The position numbers and the translations under genes were made by a program. A DNA stretch of 64,000 nt from an uncultured Acidimicrobiales bacterium (GTDB taxonomy: Bacteria; Actinomycetota; Acidimicrobiia; Acidimicrobiales; CAWCAL01): NCBI GenBank assembly GCA_963697385.1, contig CAVONU010000004.1:963915-1027914 (forward strand), written 5' to 3'. The notes beneath the pieces were generated by a model. The model had not been told where the DNA came from. It made no database searches and saw only the letters and a program-made list of their open reading frames with translations. The first letter of the stretch is position 1. Every line of letters starts with the position of its first letter. This document shows positions 55,660 to 63,919 of the stretch, one piece after another.

Positions 55660-56070
55660 ATGTTCAGCCGAACACACCCCATCCTCAAGATCCCCTCCCC
55701 CTCGTTTGCCGGCCTCCCGGCCGCCGAGCTGGAGATCCTCGACCACAACTCCACGATGCTGTCGATGGGGACCGGTCGGGTGGTGCTCCGGCAGGGAGAA
55801 TGGGGCCGCGAGGTCTTCGTGGTCTTGAACGGCGAAGTGCAGGTGGAGCGCGACGGTGCGCCGGTCGCCCGCCTGGGCGCTGGAGCGGTCGTGGGAGAGC
55901 TGGCACTGCTGCACAACACACCTCGGAACGCCACCATCCGCACCACGACGGAGACGGCGGTGCTGGTGCTCAACCGACGAGAGCTCGCCACCGTGATGGG
56001 CCGCTGTCCCACGTTCGCAACCCGGATGACGACCGAAGCCGACTCGAGGATGCTGGACGTCGCCGCCTAG
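55660..56070 (+). CDS. stand-alone cyclic nucleotide-binding (CAP_ED) domain protein
   Basis: ATG 55660. VVLRQGEWGREVFVVLNGEVQVERDG...LGAGAVVGELALLHNTPRNATIRT, the cNMP phosphate-binding cassette pattern. No output domain. Confidence 0.75.
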   Translation: MFSRTHPILKIPSPSFAGLPAAELEILDHNSTMLSMGTGRVVLRQGEWGREVFVVLNGEVQVERDGAPVARLGAGAVVGELALLHNTPRNATIRTTTETAVLVLNRRELATVMGRCPTFATRMTTEADSRMLDVAA

Positions 56071-56822
56071 CGGTATGCCGCCGCGTCGGCTGAACGGAGT
56101 TCGGTCGCCTCATCGAGGAGCGTGACCATCCGCTCGCGAACCCTTGCGGTATCGGCCGCCGGGTCGCCGTCGGTGGCGGTCAGGTGGTCATCGCCCAGCA
56201 CCAGCACGTGATGGCGCCGACGAGGGTTGATCCCGAATCGTGGATACCGCTTGCCTTGGGGCCACACGAGATCCGTTCCAACCAGTGCGAGCGGCCAGAT
56301 CCCCACGTTGCAGTGGTCCGCCAGGCGGGCGGCGCCAGTCTTGAATCGACCGAGGCTCGTCGGATCTCCTCGGTCGCCCGACAGGACACCTTCGGGCATC
56401 ACGAGGATCGGAATGCCGGCGCCGAGCACGCGGCGGGCGCCTTCGAGATGGACGGCGGCGTCGTTTCGGTCCATCGGGATCGCTCCCGCCGAGCGGAGCA
56501 GCATGCCGATGAAGCGACGATCGAACCAATGCGCGGCCACGATGACCCGCGGATATCGGCCCAGCCGGTGAAAGACGACGAGGCCGACGATCGCGTCGAA
56601 GAAGCTTCGGTGATTGGCGACCACCACGGCGGTGCGGTGTCGTTCGGCGATCTGGAGATGACGCGCATCGATGTGAACGAACGGCTTCACCAGCAGCGTC
56701 ACGAGCATGGCCACGATGCGATAGGCCCACGGGCCTTCTCGCGGAGCTCGCTGCTCGGCCGCTTCTCCGTGCTCGTCGCCGGCCCGGCGAGCCCACGGAA
56801 CTCGTCCGTGCTGAGCACCCAT
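56067..56822 (-). CDS. lysophospholipid acyltransferase family protein (PlsC-like)
   Basis: HX4D motif NHRSFFD and MPEGVLS. The stop shares the CTAG at 56067-56070 with the convergent gene. Confidence 0.75.
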   Translation of the reverse strand: MGAQHGRVPWARRAGDEHGEAAEQRAPREGPWAYRIVAMLVTLLVKPFVHIDARHLQIAERHRTAVVVANHRSFFDAIVGLVVFHRLGRYPRVIVAAHWFDRRFIGMLLRSAGAIPMDRNDAAVHLEGARRVLGAGIPILVMPEGVLSGDRGDPTSLGRFKTGAARLADHCNVGIWPLALVGTDLVWPQGKRYPRFGINPRRRHHVLVLGDDHLTATDGDPAADTARVRERMVTLLDEATELRSADAAAYR

Positions 56823-56973
56823 TGCGCCGACGCTACACCTCGCGCTTCGCTGCCCCGCTCCGCATCGGGTGGGAGGCGTTCGAACCGGTCGACGTCCTTC
56901 CCTTCGATGACGAGCCGGACCTCGAGGACGCCCTCCGAGGGGTCGTCGCCGTCCGGGCTGACTCAGGCCGTGG

Positions 56974-57468
56974 TCAGTGCGAGGCCAACCAGGAGTCGCC
57001 GAGGGCGAATTCCTGGATCAGTTGCTTCTCCACGATCCCCTTCGAGAAGTCGGCGAGCTTCCCGCCGACCAGGGGCACCTTCACCTCGATCTCGACGGTG
57101 ACCTCGTAGTGGGTGTCGTCGCCGTCTGGGGTGAGCAGCGTGGTGCCGGCGATCTCCACGGGCGCACCTTTGGTGTCGAGGACGAACTCGCCTCCGTAGG
57201 TGCCGTCGCCCCGGTCCTGCCAGCGGTCGGTGGACACCACGGTGTTGCGGGGCTTGACGAACTTCTTGGCGAAGCCGGGGATGCCGTCGACGTCGACCTC
57301 CCGGGTGACCACGATCCGCAGCTCGTCGTCGGTCCGTTCCTCCTCGAGCACGGTGACATCGTGGTGCCCCATCCCCTCGAACTTGGCTACGTGGCTGGCC
57401 GGGTCGTGGAACATCTCCCAGCACTGGGCGGGGGATGCTTCGAACGTGTGGTGCATGACGGTGCGCAT
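56974..57468 (-). CDS. SRPBCC/DUF2505-like ligand-binding protein
   Basis: ~160-aa START-like pattern (FEASPAQCWEMFHDP...GIPGFAKKFVKPRN...GGKLADFSKGIVEKQL). Confidence 0.55.
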   Translation of the reverse strand: MRTVMHHTFEASPAQCWEMFHDPASHVAKFEGMGHHDVTVLEEERTDDELRIVVTREVDVDGIPGFAKKFVKPRNTVVSTDRWQDRGDGTYGGEFVLDTKGAPVEIAGTTLLTPDGDDTHYEVTVEIEVKVPLVGGKLADFSKGIVEKQLIQEFALGDSWLASH

Positions 57469-57553
57469 GGGCGCATTCTTGTCGAAGTCGGGCGGATCGG
57501 GCCTCGTCTACCATCGACGTGGATCAGCGCCTCGACGGATCGGGAGCGGTGCG

Positions 57554-58342
57554 ATGGAACTGACCCGGACCCAACTGGCGGAGTGGCGGCGCGACGGATG
57601 GCTCCGGTTGCCGGATGCGATTCCGCTCGAGCAGCGCCGGGACGTGGCGGCATGGGTCGACGAGCTCGAGGGGTGGGCGACAGCCCGAGGGCCGGCGCTG
57701 CACCACTTCGAGCAGACCGAGCGCGGCCCGGCGCTGGCGAGGACCGAGCGTTTCGCCGACGATCATCGGCAGCTCGGCGACTTCGTTCGCGGCGGGGTGA
57801 TCACCGACGTGCTCCGACCGCTGCTGGGCGAGCCGGCCGTGCTGTTCAAGGAGAAGGTGAACTACAAGCAGCCCGGCGGCGCCGGGTTCGCCCCACACCA
57901 GGACGCGACGGCGTATCGGTTCGTCGACCACCACATCTCGGTCATGATGCCGCTCGATCCCGGAACCGTCGCCAGTGGATGCCTGTACTTCGCTCCCGGT
58001 CACCAGCAAGGGCAGATGGAGACCGACGACCGGGGTCGCGTGGCCGAAGCGGTCGTCAGGACGCTCGATTGGCGACCCGTCGAGGTCGACGTCGGCGATC
58101 TCGTCTTCTTCGACTCGTATGCGCCCCACCACAGCGGGACCAACACGACCGACCGGGCTCGTCGGGCCCTCTATCTCACCTACAACGCGATCTCGGCGGG
58201 CGATTTCCGCGAGGCGTACTACCGCGACAAGGAAGGGGAGTTCGAACGGGGTGACGGAACCTTCGGCGGCGAACGGGTGCGCATCTCGATCAGCGACGAC
58301 TTCCTCGGGCGACCCGTCGAGGTGATCCCCGATGGCCGCTGA
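57554..58342 (+). CDS. phytanoyl-CoA dioxygenase (PhyH) family Fe(II)/2-oxoglutarate oxygenase
   Basis: ATG 57554. LAEWRRDGWLRL, facial triad context FAPHQDAT...FFDSYAPHHSGTN, RRALYLTY. Confidence 0.8.
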   Translation: MELTRTQLAEWRRDGWLRLPDAIPLEQRRDVAAWVDELEGWATARGPALHHFEQTERGPALARTERFADDHRQLGDFVRGGVITDVLRPLLGEPAVLFKEKVNYKQPGGAGFAPHQDATAYRFVDHHISVMMPLDPGTVASGCLYFAPGHQQGQMETDDRGRVAEAVVRTLDWRPVEVDVGDLVFFDSYAPHHSGTNTTDRARRALYLTYNAISAGDFREAYYRDKEGEFERGDGTFGGERVRISISDDFLGRPVEVIPDGR

Positions 58343-58880
58343 ATCCGTCGACGACGTGCTTGCGCTCTACGCCGGCGAAGAGGCCCAGGTGTGGTACGAC
58401 GAGGCGGTCACCGAGCTCGATCACGCACTCCAGGGCGCCGCCCTGGCCAGAGCCGAAGGTGCCACCCCCGAGTTGATCGCGGCCGCACTGCTCCACGATG
58501 TCGGTCACCTCGTGATCCACGACAACGTGCCGATCGACCACGAGGTGCGGTTCGACCACCATCACGAACGGGCGGGAGCGGTGTTCCTTGCACCGCTGTT
58601 CGGTCCTGAGGTCACCGACCCGATCCGGCTCCACGTCGCGGCGAAGCGCTACCTGTGCGCGGTCGATTCCGCCTACGGCCCGACGCTGTCGCCCTCGTCG
58701 GTGCGGAGCCTGGCCGTCCAGGGCGGCCCGATGTCGGCGGAGGAGATCGAGGCGTTCGAAGATGCGCCCCACTTCCGTGCTGCCGTCCTGGTCCGCCGGT
58801 GGGACGACCGGGCCAAGGTCGCCGGTGCCGAGGTCCCCCGGATGGAGACCTACCGGGAGCTGCTCGAGTCGTTGGTGTAG
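58332..58880 (+). CDS. HD-domain protein of the COG4341/PhnZ-like class
   Basis: 11-bp overlap with the PhyH gene. LDHALQGAALARAEGATPELIAAALLHDVGH, then further His/Asp (DHHHERAG, LHVAAKRY, RRWDD), as in PhnZ-type diiron oxygenases. Confidence 0.65.
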   Translation: MAAESVDDVLALYAGEEAQVWYDEAVTELDHALQGAALARAEGATPELIAAALLHDVGHLVIHDNVPIDHEVRFDHHHERAGAVFLAPLFGPEVTDPIRLHVAAKRYLCAVDSAYGPTLSPSSVRSLAVQGGPMSAEEIEAFEDAPHFRAAVLVRRWDDRAKVAGAEVPRMETYRELLESLV

Positions 58881-58905
58881 ATGCCCTCTGCGCCTCGCAC
58901 GAGGC

Positions 58906-59250
58906 TCACCCGGTTCTGAGGTTGCCGGTGATCCCGGTCCGGTACAGCTCGTCGAAGTGGATCCACTCGGGTTCCCCGTCGACGAGCGCGCGGAGCTTCC
59001 CGGCCCAGCGCTCCGTCTCGATGCGTTGGTTGTTCCGTTCGGCCTCCTGTGCCGGCGTGAGATCACCGTCCACCTCGGCGAACTCGGCCAGGATCATGTA
59101 CCGCCCCGGATCGTCGCGATCGGCCAGCAACCGGGTGCCGATGTAGCCCATCACGTCGGTCGTCGACTGTCCCTCGTCCCACTCGGCGAGCAACTCGCTG
59201 AGGCCGTCCGGATCACTGCACCGAACGCTGATTCCCTGTGCGAACCTCAT
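58906..59250 (-). CDS. hypothetical small protein (ABM/dimeric alpha-beta-barrel-like)
   Basis: ATG 59250. 114 aa. YMILAEFAEVDG...ERNNQRIETERWAGKLRALVDGEPEWIHFDELY. Confidence 0.4.
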   Translation of the reverse strand: MRFAQGISVRCSDPDGLSELLAEWDEGQSTTDVMGYIGTRLLADRDDPGRYMILAEFAEVDGDLTPAQEAERNNQRIETERWAGKLRALVDGEPEWIHFDELYRTGITGNLRTG

Positions 59251-59281
59251 GTGTTCTCGGTTCCTTCCGTGTCGACCACGG

Positions 59282-60418
59282 TCAGCTCGACGAGCCGAGC
59301 GACGCGGCGAATTCCTTCTGAACGTGTGACATGCCCGCAACGTCGAACGCCCCGGGGGAGCCCGCCCTGACGGCGCGATCCGACTTCGGGTCGAATCCCA
59401 ACTCCGCTCGGACCTCATCGACGGGGCGGTCGGCGAACGCGTGGTAGTCGACCTCGAGGAGGTCGTTCCCCAGTCGATCGCACAGGACCCGGCCGCGCCT
59501 CAGAGCGTCAGCGATCCGGATGTGCATGTCGGGGCTGTCGAGTCGACGCTCCTGGAGGTCACCGGTGAAGAACCCCGCATCGGCCACGTACCCCGTCTCG
59601 AACAGGCCGACGAGGGTGGCGAGCCATGCGAAGCCCTTCGGGTCGGGGTCAGCCCTTCCGATGAGCGCAAAGACCTCGAACTCGCCATTCAGATTGGTTC
59701 CATAGTCGGCCAACACATGCACGAAGTCATGCTGGGCGAGATAGGCCGACGCCCCGCCGATGGATCCCGGGAGGCCGAAGCCCCGACTCCGGTACATCTC
59801 CCACACCGACCGGCCGAGCGTTTCGCGAGGCAACTCGGCGAAGGCGAGCCACCGCTCGGCCAGCGGCGCATCCTCGACGCCGGCCGACAGCTGGTGTTCG
59901 AGCCGGACGCTCGTCTTGAGCTGGTCCATCCGGGCCATTTCCCAGTGCTCGGCGAACCCGCTGTGATGCAGATCGAGCCAGGCGAGGCCGAACCCTCCCT
60001 GCGCGTAGCGTCGTGCGACTCGGACGAACTGGTCGTCGACCCCCATGGCCCGCGCGTAGGCGGCGACCCGGCGAGCGACGACCGGCGGGATCGGGCGAAG
60101 GATCAGCTCGCCCAACACCATGAGATGGGCAACCCGCCGGCGGAAGTCTTCAGGACGGTCGGTGAGGGCATCGGCGAGCGACTCGGCGGACAGCGGATCG
60201 AGGGAGCCGAGGTCGGCGGAGACATCCACGAGCGCCTCCAAGACCGCCTGCAGGAGGCTGATCTGCACGGGCTCCAGTCCACCCTCGGGTTCGACTGCGG
60301 TCGCGACACCGCGTGCGATGAGTGTCCCTTCGTCGACCGGGACGGTCCCGCCCGGTGAACCTGCTGCACCCACGTCGCCCCCCGTCAGCGGTGGAATCTC
60401 CTGTTCCATCACGAGCAT
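59282..60418 (-). CDS. hypothetical protein with Coq4-like HDxxH-x11-E motif
   Basis: ATG 60418. AQHDFVHVLADYGTNLNGEFE matches the Coq4 family zinc-ligand motif HDxxH(x)11E. Confidence 0.5.
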   Translation of the reverse strand: MLVMEQEIPPLTGGDVGAAGSPGGTVPVDEGTLIARGVATAVEPEGGLEPVQISLLQAVLEALVDVSADLGSLDPLSAESLADALTDRPEDFRRRVAHLMVLGELILRPIPPVVARRVAAYARAMGVDDQFVRVARRYAQGGFGLAWLDLHHSGFAEHWEMARMDQLKTSVRLEHQLSAGVEDAPLAERWLAFAELPRETLGRSVWEMYRSRGFGLPGSIGGASAYLAQHDFVHVLADYGTNLNGEFEVFALIGRADPDPKGFAWLATLVGLFETGYVADAGFFTGDLQERRLDSPDMHIRIADALRRGRVLCDRLGNDLLEVDYHAFADRPVDEVRAELGFDPKSDRAVRAGSPGAFDVAGMSHVQKEFAASLGSSS

Positions 60419-60518
60419 AGGACTTCCCGCCGGTCGCTCGGTTCGCTCGTCTCTGCCCGCCGGGAACGGCCCGACCGCGCCAGCGCCGGATCGTCGCAGG
60501 CCTGGCAGAATCGGGTCC

Positions 60519-63380
60519 CTGAAGTACCAAGCCTTCATCTCCTACAGTCACGCCGCCGACGATGACCTGGCTCCTGCGCTCCAGCAGGCCCTCCATCGCT
60601 TTGCGAAGCCCTGGTATCGCATGCGCGCCCTGCGCGTGTTCCGTGACAAGACCGGGCTTTCGGCCTCGCCCGAGCTGTGGCCCAGCATCGAAGCCGCGCT
60701 CCGCGAGTCGGAACACCTGATCCTGCTCGCGTCCCCGCGAGCCGCAGGGTCGGAGTGGGTGGAGAGGGAGATCGACTGGTGGCTCGAGCACCGCTCTCCG
60801 TCCACGCTGTTGATCGCGGTGACCGAGGGCGACATCGCCTGGGGCGAGCAGGGCGATGGGTTCGACCCGACGCAGAGCAGCGCCGTGCCCGTGGTGTTGC
60901 TCGACGCGTTCCCCGCCGAGCCGCTGTGGGTCGACTTCCGATGGGCGGACGCGAACGCGCGGCTGTCGACCGACGACCCGGCCTTCGCCGATGCGGTCGC
61001 CGACCTGGCGGCACCGTTGCATGGTCGTTCCAAGGACGAGATGATCGGCGAGGATGTCCGGCAATGGCGCCGGACCCGTCGGGCCGTCACCGGGGCGGTC
61101 GCCGGGTTGGCGTTGCTCGCGATCGCAGCGACCGCCGCAGCGGTGTTCGCGTTCGACCGTCAACGGGAGGCCGAACGACAGCGCAACGTGGCGGTCGTGG
61201 CCCGGGAAGCCGAGGCCGAGCAGCGCGTCGAGGCCGAGACCCAGGCGTCGCTGGCGCGGTCCCGGCAGTTGGCGGCCGAGGCGCAATCCTTGGCTGACGA
61301 CGAGCTGGACCTGGCGCTCCTCCTTGCCGTCGAGAGCTACGAGGCGTCGCCGACGTCCGAGGCCAGGGCTGTGCTGTTGGACACGACCCGTGCGGCCCCC
61401 TCGTTGGTGCGATTCCTGGCAGGCCACGAGCATCCTGTGCGCGCCATGGCGTCCGAGACCGGTTCCGGATCGCTCATGTCGGTCGATTGGGAAGGGGAGG
61501 TCTGGGTCACCGATCTTCAACACGGAACCTCGGAGCGACACGAGGTGCCCGGGTTCGACACCGATCGGGCGCCGACGCCGCGACCGGGCGGCGACGGTGT
61601 GGGGTTCATCGACTCAGACGGCCAACTCCGGCTCTGGACAATCGGTGCGGACCGAAGCGAGGCCGTGGGCTGGGCGCCGGTCCTGCCGCCCGACTCCACC
61701 TTGGGATTCAGCTCGGACGGTCGGTACATCGCCGCCGTCAGCACCGTCGACCCGTGGTCGACCTATGTGATGGAGATCGAGACCGAGTCGGTGTCGATCC
61801 TCGCCGGGCCCGGCCACGGACCGCAGGGCGTCAGTCTCCAGACCTTCCTGGGACCGGCCCGCGTCGCCTTCAGTCCGGACGGCCGGTGGCTCGCCGTGGT
61901 CGACGAGCTCGGGGGGCTCGAGGTCCGGGACCTCACCACCGGTCAGCTGTTCGAGGTTGGCCAGGCCACGTCCATTGCATTCAGTCCCGACTCGACGGCG
62001 ATCGTGGTTGCCTCCGTGGGTACCGAGGTGTACGTGCTGGCTCTCCCCAGCATGGAGAGGACCGCCATCAGAGAGCCGGTCGACCCGGGGTCCACGCTCG
62101 ACCTGCAGCCGTTGGCGTTCCGGTCGGACGGCGCCGCCTTCCTGCTCGGCTCCTCCGACGGGTCGGTGCGAGCGTGGGCGTGGCCTCTGGACGCAGCAGA
62201 GCCGGACGTGATCGGTCGCACGAACGGCGGGGGTCGGGTGATGACCCTCGCGTTCGCCGACGACACGACGGTGCTGGTCGCCGACGAAGGTGGCTCGATC
62301 GAGCAGTGGGACCTCGAACGGCCCGCCACGTCGGGTCACGCCATGAGCGGCGAGGTTGCCCGGGTGGGCGCGGTAGCGGTCTCGCCCGACGGCGGTCTCG
62401 TCGCGGCAGGTGGCTGCGAGTCTCCGGCTCCCGAGCTCCCACCCAACCAATACGAAACATGTGTCGGTGCCGTGTGGATCGAAGCGACGGCCGGTGGTCC
62501 GGGCACCCTGCTGTTCCCCGGAGGCGGCGAGGTGATCGCCGCGGCGTTCACGCCGGACGGTCGCATGCTGGTGACCGGAAGCTGGGACACACCGGTGGTC
62601 GCCACCGATCTCGCCACCGGAATCAGCGAGGTGATCTCCGATCGCCCTGCGGTGGATCTGGCGGTCAATCCGGTGAGCAGCGACGTCGCGTTCGTGGGAC
62701 TCGATGGCTCGTTGCAGGTGACTTCGATCTCCGGAACCGGCGTCGAGCTCCGTGCGCCACCGGACGACCTGGGCGCCGAACTGCGCGGAGGCTTGGCATT
62801 TTCGCCTGACGGGAAGGAGCTCTACGTGGCCTTGGGTCGGGGGACGGTGTCGAGATGGGATCTCGACACCGTCACCGAGACGACGGTGATCGAGCTCGGC
62901 GAGGAGGACCTCGTGGACATGATGGACCTCGCCGTCAGTCCCGACGGCAACACCCTTGCTGTGACGTGGTCCGATGCTGGCGGGGACCCCATGATCCAGC
63001 GGTACGAAATCGAGAGTGCGACCGAGTCGTTGCCGGCGATCACCGATCGCCGATTCCTGGGCGGCATGGGGTTCACCCCGGACGGGGCGAGTCTGGCGTA
63101 CTCCTCCAACCGAGGTCTCGTGTTGTGGGACGTCGATCGCCACAATCCGATCGGTCTGCCGCTCGAGCCGGGCTCAGCGGCCCGCCACGCCGTCGCCGTG
63201 GGCGGACCTCCGGAGGCGCCGATCGCGGTGCAAGCCGACGTGAACGGGGCCACGTGGTGGCGCTTGGCGGACGACCACCTCATCGAGGTCGCGTGTGCTC
63301 GGGCCAACCGGACGATCGAGGACAGCGAATGGAGTCGATTCGCCACGTCGGCCGACGAGCCCAGTGTGGCCTGCACCTAG
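60519..63380 (+). CDS. TIR domain - single TM - coiled coil - multi-blade beta-propeller protein
   Basis: KYQAFISYSH...SEWVEREIDWW (TIR). RQWRRTRR plus AVTGAVAGLALLAIAATAAAVFAF (TM, about 61084-61152). At least 10 FSPDG-type blades. No in-frame ATG/GTG/TTG between 60420 and the TIR core, so the start is set provisionally at CTG 60519. Confidence 0.75.
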   Translation: MKYQAFISYSHAADDDLAPALQQALHRFAKPWYRMRALRVFRDKTGLSASPELWPSIEAALRESEHLILLASPRAAGSEWVEREIDWWLEHRSPSTLLIAVTEGDIAWGEQGDGFDPTQSSAVPVVLLDAFPAEPLWVDFRWADANARLSTDDPAFADAVADLAAPLHGRSKDEMIGEDVRQWRRTRRAVTGAVAGLALLAIAATAAAVFAFDRQREAERQRNVAVVAREAEAEQRVEAETQASLARSRQLAAEAQSLADDELDLALLLAVESYEASPTSEARAVLLDTTRAAPSLVRFLAGHEHPVRAMASETGSGSLMSVDWEGEVWVTDLQHGTSERHEVPGFDTDRAPTPRPGGDGVGFIDSDGQLRLWTIGADRSEAVGWAPVLPPDSTLGFSSDGRYIAAVSTVDPWSTYVMEIETESVSILAGPGHGPQGVSLQTFLGPARVAFSPDGRWLAVVDELGGLEVRDLTTGQLFEVGQATSIAFSPDSTAIVVASVGTEVYVLALPSMERTAIREPVDPGSTLDLQPLAFRSDGAAFLLGSSDGSVRAWAWPLDAAEPDVIGRTNGGGRVMTLAFADDTTVLVADEGGSIEQWDLERPATSGHAMSGEVARVGAVAVSPDGGLVAAGGCESPAPELPPNQYETCVGAVWIEATAGGPGTLLFPGGGEVIAAAFTPDGRMLVTGSWDTPVVATDLATGISEVISDRPAVDLAVNPVSSDVAFVGLDGSLQVTSISGTGVELRAPPDDLGAELRGGLAFSPDGKELYVALGRGTVSRWDLDTVTETTVIELGEEDLVDMMDLAVSPDGNTLAVTWSDAGGDPMIQRYEIESATESLPAITDRRFLGGMGFTPDGASLAYSSNRGLVLWDVDRHNPIGLPLEPGSAARHAVAVGGPPEAPIAVQADVNGATWWRLADDHLIEVACARANRTIEDSEWSRFATSADEPSVACT

Positions 63381-63433
63381 CCCGCTCCTCGCGCCTGTGG
63401 AGCGGCGGGGTTGACGGGTGCATACTCGAAGGT

Positions 63434-63919
63434 GTGTCAAGCGAACGTTTCGAGCTGACCAGCTCGACCGTCCGGGCCGACCATCTGGCCCGGCTCGACC
63501 AGCTCGCTGCTCGAAAGGGCGTGGGGCGCTCTGACCTGTTGGGCAGGGCCATCGACGCTCTGCTCGCATGCGACGACCTGTCCGGCGGATACGTCGGGGT
63601 CCGGAACGGCCTGTCGGTCGAGGGGCTCGTCACCGAGGAGATCACCGCCCCTATTCGCTCGGACCACCTCCGCCGGCTGGACCTGATGGCCCAGCGACGC
63701 AGCGTCGACCGGTCCGAGCTGATCGGCCGGGCCATCGACGCCTTCCTGGCGAAGGAGGCGATGATCGGAGCGTTCGGGGTTCCCGGGACGGCGGCGTGGT
63801 TCGCCCCACCGAACGACTCGTCGATCTGGGCCACCCTCCGATCGACGGTCGGAAGCCGCAAGCGATCGGACCGGCCCGGGCGCTCCGCTCGCGCTCGCTC
63901 TGGGGATGCGGCACGGTGA
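63434..63919 (+). CDS. tandem ribbon-helix-helix (CopG-like) DNA-binding protein
   Basis: GTG 63434. Two RHH units: VRADHLARLDQLAARKGVGRSDLLGRAIDALLA and IRSDHLRRLDLMAQRRSVDRSELIGRAIDAFLA. Basic tail. Confidence 0.6.
   Translation: MSSERFELTSSTVRADHLARLDQLAARKGVGRSDLLGRAIDALLACDDLSGGYVGVRNGLSVEGLVTEEITAPIRSDHLRRLDLMAQRRSVDRSELIGRAIDAFLAKEAMIGAFGVPGTAAWFAPPNDSSIWATLRSTVGSRKRSDRPGRSARARSGDAAR

Noticed and set aside
63434-63919. The RHH protein as the antitoxin of a toxin-antitoxin pair.
   Set aside because: No small toxin gene is adjacent within the window, and the downstream sequence is cut off at 64000.
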